A stretch of DNA of 62,404 bases from an uncultured Sphingomonas sp. (GCA_966210575.1 CBIHLI010000001.1:1-62404), one strand, 5' to 3'; positions 48,169 to 57,606 are shown, counted from the first letter of the stretch. Translations and numbers: made by a program. The notes: generated from the sequence alone by a model not told the origin.

Positions 48169-49464
48169 ATGCCGACGCTTCCTTTCGCCGTCATTCCCAC
48201 GCCATTGGGCACGATCGCCACCGGCAACGAGCGGGCGGAGAAGCCTGCATCGCACCTGGGCGAGTTCAAGGCGCCCGGGATGACGTGGAAATCGAACGGG
48301 AACAGCAATCTCTGGATCAGGGGCGATTTCGGGACCGCGAAGCCAATCGATTTCGTCTCCATGCTGGCTGCGAACGCCTTGCCCGGCACAACCTTCCGGA
48401 TCAATCTGGCGAGCACTCAGACGGATGTCGACGGCCCCGGCTTTCGCGCCATCAGCGACAATGGCAACACCACCACGGTCAATCTCAGCGGTCCATATTC
48501 GGTGGAAAAGACCAGCGGTGCCGACGGCGCCTATAATGCCAGCGCCGTCTCGCTCGCCAGCATCAGCGGCGATTTCGTGCTCAGGATCAAGCCGGTCACG
48601 ACGAACAAGGATATGTTCTTCGGGGTCAACACCGACCCGCTGACGGACAACACCAACAGCAGCATCGATCGTGCGATCTATTTTCCCGGCAATCCAGCGC
48701 TGGGCGCCCGCGTCTGGGAAAACGGCGTGCAGCTGTTTACCGGCCCCGCTTATTCCACGTCGCAATATTGGTTCATCCGCCGGATCGGCTCGACGATCAC
48801 CTATCTCGTCGGGACCTCTACCGATGTCGACGAGGCCACCCTGGTCTATACTGGCGCGTCCAGCTCGGCGGCGATGCATTTCGACAGCGCGATTTCGGGG
48901 CTCAACGGGAAGGCCGAAGTCTATTTCACCCATGGCGGTTACGACAGCGGCGAGGTTCCGTTTATCAATCCCTCGATCACGCGCGAGGACGGCCTCTATC
49001 ACAGCCATATCGAGCTGCCGAAGAAGGTGAGCCAGCGCTGGTGGCGGATCGACATCAGCGGCCATACCGGCGATTTCGAGGCGGCCATGCTGGTCATGGG
49101 CGAGAAGCTGACCCCGGCCAACTGGTACTCTCCTGGCTGGCAGCGCGGGGTCGAGGATCTCGGCGACATCTCGATCAATCGCTATGGCATCGCTGACGAG
49201 CAGGCCGGCCAGATCTGGCGCACCTTGATGATGCGCTTCGGCTGGATGAGTGAGGCCGATTACGAGACCAAGTTCGGGCCCCTGGTCGAACGGCTGGGAA
49301 AGCGCGGCGTCGCCCTGTGGTGCTTCGATCCGACCTCGAGCATCTACCGCCAGCGCAAGACCTATTACGGCTATCTGCGCAATTCCCCGATCGCGACGCA
49401 TTCCCGCGATACTCCGGCGGGCATTCGCTACGACAAGGAATTCCAGATTTTGAGCATGTTCTAG
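48169..49464 (+). CDS. Putative distal tail protein with inserted carbohydrate-binding-like domain
   Basis: Beta-rich; RWWRIDI, G..RGVEDL motifs. Confidence 0.6.
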   Translation: MPTLPFAVIPTPLGTIATGNERAEKPASHLGEFKAPGMTWKSNGNSNLWIRGDFGTAKPIDFVSMLAANALPGTTFRINLASTQTDVDGPGFRAISDNGNTTTVNLSGPYSVEKTSGADGAYNASAVSLASISGDFVLRIKPVTTNKDMFFGVNTDPLTDNTNSSIDRAIYFPGNPALGARVWENGVQLFTGPAYSTSQYWFIRRIGSTITYLVGTSTDVDEATLVYTGASSSAAMHFDSAISGLNGKAEVYFTHGGYDSGEVPFINPSITREDGLYHSHIELPKKVSQRWWRIDISGHTGDFEAAMLVMGEKLTPANWYSPGWQRGVEDLGDISINRYGIADEQAGQIWRTLMMRFGWMSEADYETKFGPLVERLGKRGVALWCFDPTSSIYRQRKTYYGYLRNSPIATHSRDTPAGIRYDKEFQILSMF

Positions 49465-49534
49465 CCGACTGCTCTCACGACGGTTCCGGTTCCGGTTCGA
49501 CTTTCCATCGCCCCTCCACGAAAGGAATTGAGCC

Positions 49535-50278
49535 ATGGGCGACCTTGGCGTGCTTTTGCTCTTCGCTCTCCCGATCGCGGCCGCCATCGGATTCATCCTG
49601 ATCCGGAAGCGAGTGCGCCGAGCTGAACGGACGGCCTCGACGTGCGGCAAGACGCCCAGCCCAGGCGGCACTGTGGATACGCGCCGGATCTATATTGGCC
49701 CAGAACTGTGGGACGGTGACAGATCGCCAGGCGTGCCGACGCACCCTCAAGCACATCCCGGCGGAGGCTTTGCCTTCGACGTACCGACTGGCGATGGCGA
49801 GAAGGTCGATTACGTCACCTTCAACCACGGCTCCCTAGCCGGCCATGACCGGATCCGCGTCAAGGGTCGGATCGAGATGGCAGAGGGCACCGAGCTGCTG
49901 GCGGTTCCAGAAAGGGATCTGGCCGGCCGCTATCCCGCCCAGATCACAATGTATTTCCAGCGAGAGGGCGACAACTGGAGCGCCAAAGGCGATTACGAGG
50001 ATGATCGGTGGTATGCGACGTTCGTCCGCCAGCGGCTGCAGGCGGGGGATTTCGAGATGATCGCGCCGCTCGACGGCCCCTGGACGGCAACCCAGCGATC
50101 GAGCAACGATCCGAACGCTGAATTGCCCCTGGTCTATAATCCGGCCGGCTTTCGCGATGCGATTACCCATGCGTGCTGCGTCGGCTTCGTCTTTGGTGGC
50201 AACGACATCGGATTCGGCCACGGCATGAAGGCGACCGGGCCCGCGCGGTTCATCGTGACTGAACTGGCGGTCGAATAG
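49535..50278 (+). CDS. Membrane-anchored hypothetical protein
   Basis: AAGGA RBS, N-terminal TM, beta-rich domain. Confidence 0.65.
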   Translation: MGDLGVLLLFALPIAAAIGFILIRKRVRRAERTASTCGKTPSPGGTVDTRRIYIGPELWDGDRSPGVPTHPQAHPGGGFAFDVPTGDGEKVDYVTFNHGSLAGHDRIRVKGRIEMAEGTELLAVPERDLAGRYPAQITMYFQREGDNWSAKGDYEDDRWYATFVRQRLQAGDFEMIAPLDGPWTATQRSSNDPNAELPLVYNPAGFRDAITHACCVGFVFGGNDIGFGHGMKATGPARFIVTELAVE

Positions 50279-50476
50279 CCCCTTCGTTTCCATCGATCGG
50301 GGGTGATTCCTCCGGCTCGATCTCGGTGAGCGCGTCTAGATAGATCTGGCCGTTCTCGTCCTCCCGGGCGACGCCGCAATCCACAGCGTCCCGCCGAGCT
50401 GCCAGATGGTCCGGAAACCAGTCGCCGACCCGTGCCGGCGGCTGGCCCGGCGCGCTCACTTTCCATCGATACCGGG

Positions 50477-50686
50477 TCACCGCGGCAACGCCTGGCCGCA
50501 AGAATGACAGCGCGGCACGAATTGGCGGAGCTTTGCCACGGGCGCCCGCGGAGGCTCACAAAGCTGTCTCAGGCGCTCGACGGACAGCCCAAGCTGCCCG
50601 GCAGCCCTAATCTCGCCATCGATTGCCCGCTGAGCCTGCTCCGCCGGCGAAAGCTCATGCCATTCGGCAAAATCTGCCGCACTCAT
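50477..50686 (-). CDS. Small protein ending in CxxC
   Basis: Coupled ORF, CHSCGQ. Confidence 0.5.
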   Translation of the reverse strand: MSAADFAEWHELSPAEQAQRAIDGEIRAAGQLGLSVERLRQLCEPPRAPVAKLRQFVPRCHSCGQALPR

Positions 50687-50834
50687 TGGTCATCGCCTCT
50701 AAGCCGAACCCGTCGGCCGCCTAGCCATGGTCGCGCTTCCTGCTCAGCCCTGATGCGGTAGAGGCGCCGGCCTTCGGTTTCGTCCGGATCCTCCCAGCGG
50801 AATCGCGATGGATCATCCTGCCTTGGGCGGCCCA

Positions 50835-51185
50835 TCAATCCACCCTCTGGATGATGTCCCAGCCGAGCTCGCGGGCGAAGGCCTTGGCCGCGGTTGTCCA
50901 CTGCCAGATCTGCATGGCTTCGCGGACGGCCTCGCCATAGGTCTCTCCGGCTGCCGCTTCGACGACGCCGGCGGCGCGGATCTCTCCTTCCCTTTCCCGC
51001 GAAGAACAGCCGACACTCTCGGCTATCCAGTTGCCGGCCGGCGTCTCCCAGAGCCGAAGCTCAGTCCAGCGATCCTTCGTGCCGGCCCGGTTCTGGGTCG
51101 TATATTCGCCGAGCAGCTTTCCATCGAAGTGCAGATCGGGGCCATGGCTGACTGCCAGGCGGACCTTTTGATATTCATTCGCCAT
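50835..51185 (-). CDS. Conserved small mobile-element protein
   Basis: GPDLHFDG.LLGE, RWTELRLWET..GNW. Confidence 0.7.
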   Translation of the reverse strand: MANEYQKVRLAVSHGPDLHFDGKLLGEYTTQNRAGTKDRWTELRLWETPAGNWIAESVGCSSREREGEIRAAGVVEAAAGETYGEAVREAMQIWQWTTAAKAFARELGWDIIQRVD

Positions 51186-51504
51186 CAGGGACACCCTCCG
51201 CGTCGTGCGGTCGGGGCAAGGCGTCGACGGGCATCAAAATACGTCCTTGCGGGTCGACGGGAACGCGCGTGGCCCACCAACCGTGCGCAGCCTGCTCGTC
51301 GCTTTGGCTATAGACGGCGCCCATCCACGCCCCTTCCGAGTCTGGGCTTACCCATCGCCGTCGAAGCGGCTCGATGTGAAACTCATAACACGGAGGCCCG
51401 CCACCGATGATCGTGGTGCGCACCAGTCGTACAAAGGACCGGCCGTTGCGAGGAGCCGTTGCCATTGGTTGCCACACCGGGTTTGTCGGTTGATGTTCAC
51501 TCAT
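51175..51504 (-). CDS. Hypothetical protein (WQP..TAP..G N-terminus)
   Basis: WQPMATAPRNG motif common in phage ORFs. Confidence 0.6.
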   Translation of the reverse strand: MSEHQPTNPVWQPMATAPRNGRSFVRLVRTTIIGGGPPCYEFHIEPLRRRWVSPDSEGAWMGAVYSQSDEQAAHGWWATRVPVDPQGRILMPVDALPRPHDAEGVPDGE

Positions 51505-51529
51505 TCGTTTCCCTTCCTTTCAATGCCAA

Positions 51530-52399
51530 TCAGCGGCCCTTGTCCGCCCTCATTCTCACGAACCGGGGCGACCTTAGCGCGCCCGCCTCGGTGATTTCCA
51601 TCGCCTCGATTTCCGCAATGGCCCCGCGCATCTCGCCGCGATCGCGCCAGAATGCCATCCGCTGAGCGTCGCTGAACCCGGCCCGCACCCGGATTTCGCG
51701 GCCGCCGCGATCGAGCACCATCACACCCAGCAGATAGGGCTTGGCCCGATCGGGCTCGAGGCGGAGGATCGGCAAATCCACCGTCAATGCCCGTTTGATC
51801 CGCTGCCAGAGCCCGCACCGGTTCCGCTGATAGGTGGCCGTCGCCTGCTTCACCACGACGCCCTCGCCGCCCGCGGCGATATATTCCCGTGCCCGGGCTT
51901 CGATGTCGGCGACGTCGGTCATGAAGGCCCAGGGCATCAGGCGGACGGCGCCATCCTCCTTGCCCTTGACCAGCCGATCCAGCTTGTCGCGGCGGAGCTC
52001 CAGGCTGTCGCAGGCATCTTCGCCCCGCCAGACCCGCATAGGCATGGCGTCGAAGAGTTGGAGCGTGCCGGCGCTGCCATTTCCACCGAAGGCCCTGAAA
52101 TGGGCCAGCGTCCGGCCGAAAGAGCCGTCGACCTGATATTCGCCGTCGAAGAACATGGGCATGCAGGCTTCGTGCTCGAGCTGGCGAAGGCGTGCCGCGA
52201 TATGATCGGCGCCGGCGAGCGGAGTCCCTTCGCGGGTGACCAGCTCTCCATCGATCCACAGCGCCCGGAAGCCGTCGACCTTGGGCTCGACAATGGCGCC
52301 GCCGATCGGAACGGCGCCTTTCCAGTTGTCGACCAGCTGGCATAGCTCCCGGCCGCCCGCGCGGCGCGCCAGAGCGGGATGAGGGGCGAGTGCGGTCAT
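51530..52399 (-). CDS. Minimal ATP-dependent DNA ligase
   Basis: EPKVDGFR (KxDG), FDGE, LFD, EGVVVK, OB-fold LRSPRF...R.DK. Confidence 0.92.
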   Translation of the reverse strand: MTALAPHPALARRAGGRELCQLVDNWKGAVPIGGAIVEPKVDGFRALWIDGELVTREGTPLAGADHIAARLRQLEHEACMPMFFDGEYQVDGSFGRTLAHFRAFGGNGSAGTLQLFDAMPMRVWRGEDACDSLELRRDKLDRLVKGKEDGAVRLMPWAFMTDVADIEARAREYIAAGGEGVVVKQATATYQRNRCGLWQRIKRALTVDLPILRLEPDRAKPYLLGVMVLDRGGREIRVRAGFSDAQRMAFWRDRGEMRGAIAEIEAMEITEAGALRSPRFVRMRADKGR

Positions 52400-54792
52400 T
52401 GGCTCGCTCCCTCAGCCTGGACGGACTGAGCGTCGCCCTGGTACGTCAAGGCGAGCGCCGGCGTCCGATAGAGCTGCAGCGCCTGTTCGGCCCGGATCGC
52501 GCGGCCGGCGAGCCTTTCCATCTCTTCCCCCATTCTCGCATTGGCGCGCTCGAGCTGGGCGATGCGTTCGGCATCGCTTCCCGCCCGCCTTTCCGCCGAG
52601 TCCCGTTCCTGGTGCAATCTGGCGACCAGCGCCGGCGCGGGGCCGTTGAGATGCGTCGGCTTCGCCATTTCGACCCGCATGGCGTCGCGCTCCGCATCGG
52701 CCTGGCGGACATATTCGCCGGCCGCCTCGAGCGCGGCGCGATCGATCTGGCGCTGGCGGCGCATCGTCAGATAGCGCCGGACCAGCCGTTCCCGTGCCGG
52801 CGATCGAGGGGTGCGATTCGAAACCGGCGTTTCGACCGTCGGAGCTCCTTCGGAACGGCTGATTTCTGCGGTTTCCGACACCGATTCGGCGGTGATTCCG
52901 CTCCCCACCGAAACGGGCACCATTTCCATCGCTTGGGGCGCCCGCTCAGCCTCGAGCGCTTCGACCCGCTGGACCAGCCCGGCAATGACAGCGCCCAGCG
53001 GCCCGGCGAACGTGATCGCCTCGGCCTTTTCCTCGGCGGCCTGTCGCTCTTCAATGACCCGGCGCCGTTCCGCCTCACCGGCGAAGTCGACACGGATCAC
53101 GCGCGCCGGCGGCAACGCCTCGGTAAGCATGGCGAGCGCCTGGATGGCCGCGCCGACATCACAGTCAGCCGGGCGGGCGCGAAGCTGAGCCATGAAGCCG
53201 GCCGGATCGGCGCAATAGGCGTCGAGCTGCTCCCGGTCCGTCATTCGCCGGCTTCGCTTCCCATCGATGGTCCATCGCGGCCCGGGAATATGCATGCCGC
53301 GGACAATTTCGCCATGAAGGAACTGGAGCGCCGGAATCTCGACGCGGCCGGCCTGGTCGACGTCGCCGCAAAGCGTCCGGACCGCTTCCTTGCTCAACTC
53401 GAGCGCGCCGGCCTTGTTGGTGCGGAGATGGTGGAACTCCGCCTTTCCATCATCGCCGACGATTTCCACCGCGACCAACGATTGATGAGTGCGAGGCATC
53501 GGCACCGAATAGGCGCCATCCTCATATTCCCAATGGCCTTCCGGCTGGACCGTCCGCACCCCATCGGGGGCGCCGATGCGGTTCCAATCGATCACTTCGA
53601 CGGCCGGCGGCTGGATCCACTCCGCCTTTCCGAACGTCATGCCATGGACCAGGCCATCGGCGGTAAGCCGAAGCGTGACGTCCGCGAACTTGGGAAGCCC
53701 GCGGCGCTCGGCAAGGTCGAGCAGATATCCGGAAGCATGCCGGCTGGAATGCTCATATTCGCTGAAGCCGTAGCCCTTGGGCGCGGCGTCCGGACGGAGC
53801 AGCATGCTCATGCCCAGCCATTCCGGATAGTCGCGGGCGCTGAGCAGCGCCGCCTTTTCGCCCGTTTCCACCGAAAGGGCTGATCCGACGCCTTTGGCAA
53901 GAGCGGCGATCTGGCCGGCATTGAGGCGCGGCTCCAGCTCGACCAGCGCCACCGACTGCAGCTCGACGTCACCGAACGGGCTCGCCTCGCCGCCTGGCAT
54001 GACTGATTGCCAATCGATAAAGCTCCCATCGATCAGCTTGGCGACGACGCGCCAGCCGGGACCGTCGACCGCGATGCGGCTTCCGTCCGTTTCCATCGAA
54101 AGGGTGGCGGGCTCGGCGCCCTTCAGGAGCTGGCAGATGCTCGCAACCGTCTTTCGGTGAATGATGATATCCGGCAAGGCCTCGCTTCCGGCCGGCGCTT
54201 CCCTTTCGATCCTGGCCAGTTGGTGGCCATCGGTTGCGATCCAGAACAGCCGGCCCGCCCGCGCCTGAACGGCGACGCCCTGGAGATAGTAGCGAGCCTC
54301 TTCCTTCGACATGGCCGGCGCCACGGCCGCCAGATCGCGCGCCAGCTGATCGCCTGGCAGATCGATGCGAATAGAGGCCTCGCCGGGCCCGTGGAGCGAA
54401 GGAAAGATCTCCAGGGCCATCAGCGGCAAGCAATAGCGATTCCGCCCGCTGGCGACGTTCAGCCGGCCGGCCTCGCTTTCCACCGAAAGGCTCAACAGGG
54501 ACCTAGCCTTTTTGACGATATCGCGAAGCGCCGCGGCGTCGACCGCAAAGCTGCCTGGCACCGTGCCGGCGCATGGAACGGAAACGTCCGCCATAATGTC
54601 CAGATCGGTCGCCGTCATGATCATGGCCCCATCGCCGATGGTGATGGCCACAGCGCTGAGGATCGGGAACGTATTGCGGCGCTCGACGATACGGTTGAGG
54701 AAGGCGAGCGCGTCGACCAGCGGCTTGCGCTCGACGTCGCAACAGGGATTGGCCAGCTCGGCGCCGGCGGTCTCGATGGTCTCATTTTTCAT
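52396..54792 (-). CDS. DNA polymerase III beta-clamp (DnaN)-like domain fused to a large unknown C-terminus
   Basis: RRNTFPILS, ATDLD, EEARYYLQGV, ATDGHQL, KLIDGSF.DW..V.P in first ~265 aa. Confidence 0.85.
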   Translation of the reverse strand: MKNETIETAGAELANPCCDVERKPLVDALAFLNRIVERRNTFPILSAVAITIGDGAMIMTATDLDIMADVSVPCAGTVPGSFAVDAAALRDIVKKARSLLSLSVESEAGRLNVASGRNRYCLPLMALEIFPSLHGPGEASIRIDLPGDQLARDLAAVAPAMSKEEARYYLQGVAVQARAGRLFWIATDGHQLARIEREAPAGSEALPDIIIHRKTVASICQLLKGAEPATLSMETDGSRIAVDGPGWRVVAKLIDGSFIDWQSVMPGGEASPFGDVELQSVALVELEPRLNAGQIAALAKGVGSALSVETGEKAALLSARDYPEWLGMSMLLRPDAAPKGYGFSEYEHSSRHASGYLLDLAERRGLPKFADVTLRLTADGLVHGMTFGKAEWIQPPAVEVIDWNRIGAPDGVRTVQPEGHWEYEDGAYSVPMPRTHQSLVAVEIVGDDGKAEFHHLRTNKAGALELSKEAVRTLCGDVDQAGRVEIPALQFLHGEIVRGMHIPGPRWTIDGKRSRRMTDREQLDAYCADPAGFMAQLRARPADCDVGAAIQALAMLTEALPPARVIRVDFAGEAERRRVIEERQAAEEKAEAITFAGPLGAVIAGLVQRVEALEAERAPQAMEMVPVSVGSGITAESVSETAEISRSEGAPTVETPVSNRTPRSPARERLVRRYLTMRRQRQIDRAALEAAGEYVRQADAERDAMRVEMAKPTHLNGPAPALVARLHQERDSAERRAGSDAERIAQLERANARMGEEMERLAGRAIRAEQALQLYRTPALALTYQGDAQSVQAEGASQ

Positions 54793-54810
54793 CGGTCATT
54801 GTCCTTTCAA

Positions 54811-54894
54811 TGGGCTGGCTCATCAGCGCTCCCATGCCCAAGGGAGCGGACGCGCGGCCGATATCGGAAATCCGACATCGGCCGGCGTTTCGCC
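54811..54894 (-). ncRNA. Type II hammerhead ribozyme
   Basis: ggc-GAAA-stem III-GUC-cgctccc/gggagcg-CUGAUGA-gcc; loop I tgggc pairs with 3' gccca. Confidence 0.92.
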
Positions 54895-55626
54895 TCAGTT
54901 TCCGTCGGTCATGGCCTTTTCTCGAGCCTTGGCGTGGCGCTCGGCGAGCACGCGCCGCGCGACGTCCTGCCAGTGGCGATCGCCGTAGCCTTCCCATTGG
55001 CCGTTAGTCTGGATGCGGATGTCGTCGCCGAAGCGCTCGACCAGCTCGCCATCATAGAAAACCGACGCCTCGCCCTGGGTTGTGCTGAACCGGTGGCGCT
55101 CGACCGTGACCAGGCGCGGATTGAATGGGGGCGGCTGATCGAGATAGTCGGCGCGGAGCTGATTGGCGCGGATTGCGGCGGTCAGTCGCTCGATGACGTC
55201 CGCTTCATTGCTGACGAGATAGAAGCCGAACGAATAGGTGAAGAAATTGCCCGAAAAGGCGATTCCCTCGACCAGCCCGCCGATTGGCGTCCCGTCGACC
55301 GCCTCGGCCTCATAGGCGAAATTCCCGTAATTCTCCCATGTCCGGTCCAGCGGATGGGTGGCGAGCATTTCCACCAACGCCTCGATGCCGCCGCCCCTTC
55401 GGCCGATATGGCTGATCAAGGTGGCCTTGGCGCCGGTTTCGGCCCGGTATCTGTTCGCCCGTTCACGGAGCGAAAGCGCGAAATTGTCGGTCAGCTGCAT
55501 GCCCTGATCCGGCATCAGCTCCTTGGCCAGGATCCGCGCCTGATCGAGCGTGAAAATCGTCCGCAACCGTTCCTGTGGAACGTTGTCGGCGCATTCGTCG
55601 GTTTCGCTGTAGCTCAGAACGTTCAT
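54895..55626 (-). CDS. Hypothetical protein
   Basis: ATG 55626 behind GAAGGGA; flanked by two ribozymes. Confidence 0.7.
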   Translation of the reverse strand: MNVLSYSETDECADNVPQERLRTIFTLDQARILAKELMPDQGMQLTDNFALSLRERANRYRAETGAKATLISHIGRRGGGIEALVEMLATHPLDRTWENYGNFAYEAEAVDGTPIGGLVEGIAFSGNFFTYSFGFYLVSNEADVIERLTAAIRANQLRADYLDQPPPFNPRLVTVERHRFSTTQGEASVFYDGELVERFGDDIRIQTNGQWEGYGDRHWQDVARRVLAERHAKAREKAMTDGN

Positions 55627-55644
55627 TGCTCTTTTCCCTTCAAT

Positions 55645-55721
55645 GCCCTGCCTCATCAGGAAAGGGGCGGGCGCTCCCTTCCGACGCGTCGACCAGCTCG
55701 AGCCGGCCGGCGCGTTTCGGC
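55645..55721 (-). ncRNA. Type II hammerhead ribozyme
   Basis: gcc-GAAA-cgcg..cgcg-UC-ggaaggg/ccctttc-CUGAUGA-ggc; loop I gccc pairs with 3' gggc. Confidence 0.92.
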
Positions 55722-56035
55722 TATTCTGTCTCTTCGCTCTTAGCGCGCTTTGCGGCCTCAATTTCGGCGCGCGCCTGATCAAGCCAGCGCCGGCCCTTGC
55801 GTTGCCAATCGGCGCCATGGCGCCGAAGCGCCCACGATTGGCTAGAGCCGCCGGTGTCGACCATTTGCGCGGCTTCATAGCCGCTCCGCGCGTTGAATGC
55901 GGCTGTTTCGGCATCGTCGGCGAGCTGCGCGGCATTGGCGAGTCCGAGCGTTTCGGCTTCGCGCTTGGCGGCCGCGGCGATGGCGCGGAGCGTATCAGCG
56001 CGCATTAGGCCTGGCGAAAGGCGCCGGCGCGTCAT
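55721..56035 (-). CDS. Hypothetical protein
   Basis: ATGA-coupled ORF. Confidence 0.55.
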   Translation of the reverse strand: MTRRRLSPGLMRADTLRAIAAAAKREAETLGLANAAQLADDAETAAFNARSGYEAAQMVDTGGSSQSWALRRHGADWQRKGRRWLDQARAEIEAAKRAKSEETE

Positions 56036-56319
56036 TCTGCCGACTCCGCGGCGCTTTCCATCGCCTGGGGCTTCGTTTCCATCGCCGGGGCTTCCGGCCC
56101 GTCCCATGCCTCAAAGGCTTTGAGCACGGCCGGGCCGTCGGCGATGGCATCGCCGCCGTTGACGAAGGCCGGAACGCCATCGACCGCGCGAGTCTCGGCT
56201 TTGGGGGCGCCTTCCGTATCATAGTCGACGATAACGAATCGGACCGGAACGCCGGCGGTATAGACGCCGGCAACGACTCCGCCGTCTATCTCAATCATGA
56301 TCATAACGGGCTCAGCCAT
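56032..56319 (-). CDS. Small acidic protein
   Basis: I.I.GGVV..VY....V.F.IVDYD motif. Confidence 0.65.
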   Translation of the reverse strand: MAEPVMIMIEIDGGVVAGVYTAGVPVRFVIVDYDTEGAPKAETRAVDGVPAFVNGGDAIADGPAVLKAFEAWDGPEAPAMETKPQAMESAAESAE

Positions 56320-56322
56320 GGC

Positions 56323-56538
56323 TCAGGCTCCTACGTCGAGCCGGACGCGGCGCGGCCGGTTGATGAAAGCGGAAGCGATGACGCGTCGAGCCTTGGCGCA
56401 ATCTTCGGCGCTCCAAGCCGTGGCGCGCTCGCCGAAGCGCGCGGCGAGGATCAGGCCGGCCGCGTCGGCACGGCTGCACCCCTTGCGCCTCAGCGCCTCG
56501 ACCAGGTGCGGGAAGGTGGCGGCGATAATATCCAGCAT
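56323..56538 (-). CDS. Hypothetical small protein
   Basis: ATG behind GAAGGGA, just downstream of ribozyme. Confidence 0.55.
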   Translation of the reverse strand: MLDIIAATFPHLVEALRRKGCSRADAAGLILAARFGERATAWSAEDCAKARRVIASAFINRPRRVRLDVGA

Positions 56539-56555
56539 TGTCTTATTCCCTTCGT

Positions 56556-56634
56556 TGGCCAGCTCATCAGGGTAGGGCGGCCAGCTCCTACCGACGCAAC
56601 CGCCCGCCATGGTGACGGGCGGCGCGTTTCGCCG
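56556..56634 (-). ncRNA. Type II hammerhead ribozyme
   Basis: cggc-GAAA-cgc..gcg-UC-ggtagg/cctacc-CUGAUGA-gctg; loop I tggc pairs with 3' gcca. Confidence 0.92.
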
Positions 56635-56874
56635 TTATCGGGCGCCCCGGCCCCAGCAGATGCCTTTGACGAACGCCTCGGCCTCGGCACGGCTGAGAAA
56701 ATCCTCAATGAGATCGGGGCCAGCGCCGCCGACGCCTTCCCGGACGTCAAAGACCGCCCATTGGGTAGCTTCGGCTTCGTCGCAGTGCTCGTACCATGTC
56801 GAGCCGTCGGCGCCTTCCGGCGTGCCATAGAACGTGTCGCGCTGGGGCTCGATGGCATAGTCGCTCGGCTGCAT
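56635..56874 (-). CDS. Small acidic protein
   Basis: CDEAEA..W.VF...IEDF.SR.EAE motif; GGGGAG RBS. Confidence 0.65.
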   Translation of the reverse strand: MQPSDYAIEPQRDTFYGTPEGADGSTWYEHCDEAEATQWAVFDVREGVGGAGPDLIEDFLSRAEAEAFVKGICWGRGAR

Positions 56875-56875
56875 G

Positions 56876-57187
56876 TCAATTACTCCCCTGAGTAGAGATG
56901 ACGAAAAGGCGCAAAGCGCTGAGCGTCTCAGCCTTCCCGACGCGCTCTGCTCTATTCGTTGCGGTTTCGCTCAGGAGCTGGCCATCATTGCGATGACGCC
57001 GGGCGCCAATCCAATGGCGCTCGAATGCCATTAGCGCTGCATAGTCGGGATAAGCGCCACTGACCGGCTTAGGATAGGCGCCCGGCCCGAACGTGGCATA
57101 GGCAAAGGCAGCGCGCAGGCTCGAGGCAGCCCAATGACCGGCTTGGATCAGATCGGCGGCACGCTCGGCGATAGTGGCAGGCGCCAT
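56876..57187 (-). CDS. Hypothetical protein
   Basis: Operon-filling ORF. Confidence 0.5.
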   Translation of the reverse strand: MAPATIAERAADLIQAGHWAASSLRAAFAYATFGPGAYPKPVSGAYPDYAALMAFERHWIGARRHRNDGQLLSETATNRAERVGKAETLSALRLFVISTQGSN

Positions 57188-57188
57188 C

Positions 57189-57467
57189 TCAGCGACTCCC
57201 TGCATTGGCGATGAGGCCAGCGGCGACACCGAAGGAGCCGTAGGACAGCAGCCCGGCGCCGATCAGGAACAAGAGCGCGACACCATGGGCGAGGCCAAGC
57301 GGATCGCTGTGAGTAGGAATGTCCGAAGCGGCGATTACCGCAACCGCGGCGATGGCGAGGCCGATCACGGCGAGCAGGGCGCCCCAACATACCGCCTCAC
57401 AGTTGCGACGGTATTGGCTGCGGGAGACATAGCGGCGAGGCCGGCGGGTTCTGGTCTTATGCATCAT
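57189..57467 (-). CDS. Small two-TM membrane protein, first gene of right-arm operon
   Basis: Basic N-terminus, two hydrophobic helices, AAAGGA RBS. Confidence 0.55.
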   Translation of the reverse strand: MMHKTRTRRPRRYVSRSQYRRNCEAVCWGALLAVIGLAIAAVAVIAASDIPTHSDPLGLAHGVALLFLIGAGLLSYGSFGVAAGLIANAGSR

Positions 57468-57561
57468 GGTCCAATCCTTTCGTTGCCGGCCATCTGAGCT
57501 GGCCGGCGGGCTCATTCCTTTCGATGCCTGGCGGGGCGACTCGTCGCTCGCCGGGCAAGGC

Positions 57562-57606
57562 TGAAAATAGAGACGCAAAGGTTGATTGCAAGTAAATAAT
57601 GCAATG
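57562..57606 (-). promoter_or_regulatory. Putative promoter of ribozyme-containing operon
   Basis: AT-rich island; minus strand TTGCAA-16-TATTTT; inverted repeat ATTGCA-N9-TGCAAT over the -35. Confidence 0.5.

Noticed and set aside
47497-49671. Long antisense ORFs (also 42299-44158, 52390-53883, 54007-55743)
   Set aside because: Shadow frames opposite well-supported genes in GC-rich DNA, with no motifs
57485-57557. Fourth hammerhead
   Set aside because: Two hairpins are present but there is no CUGAUGA/GAAA core
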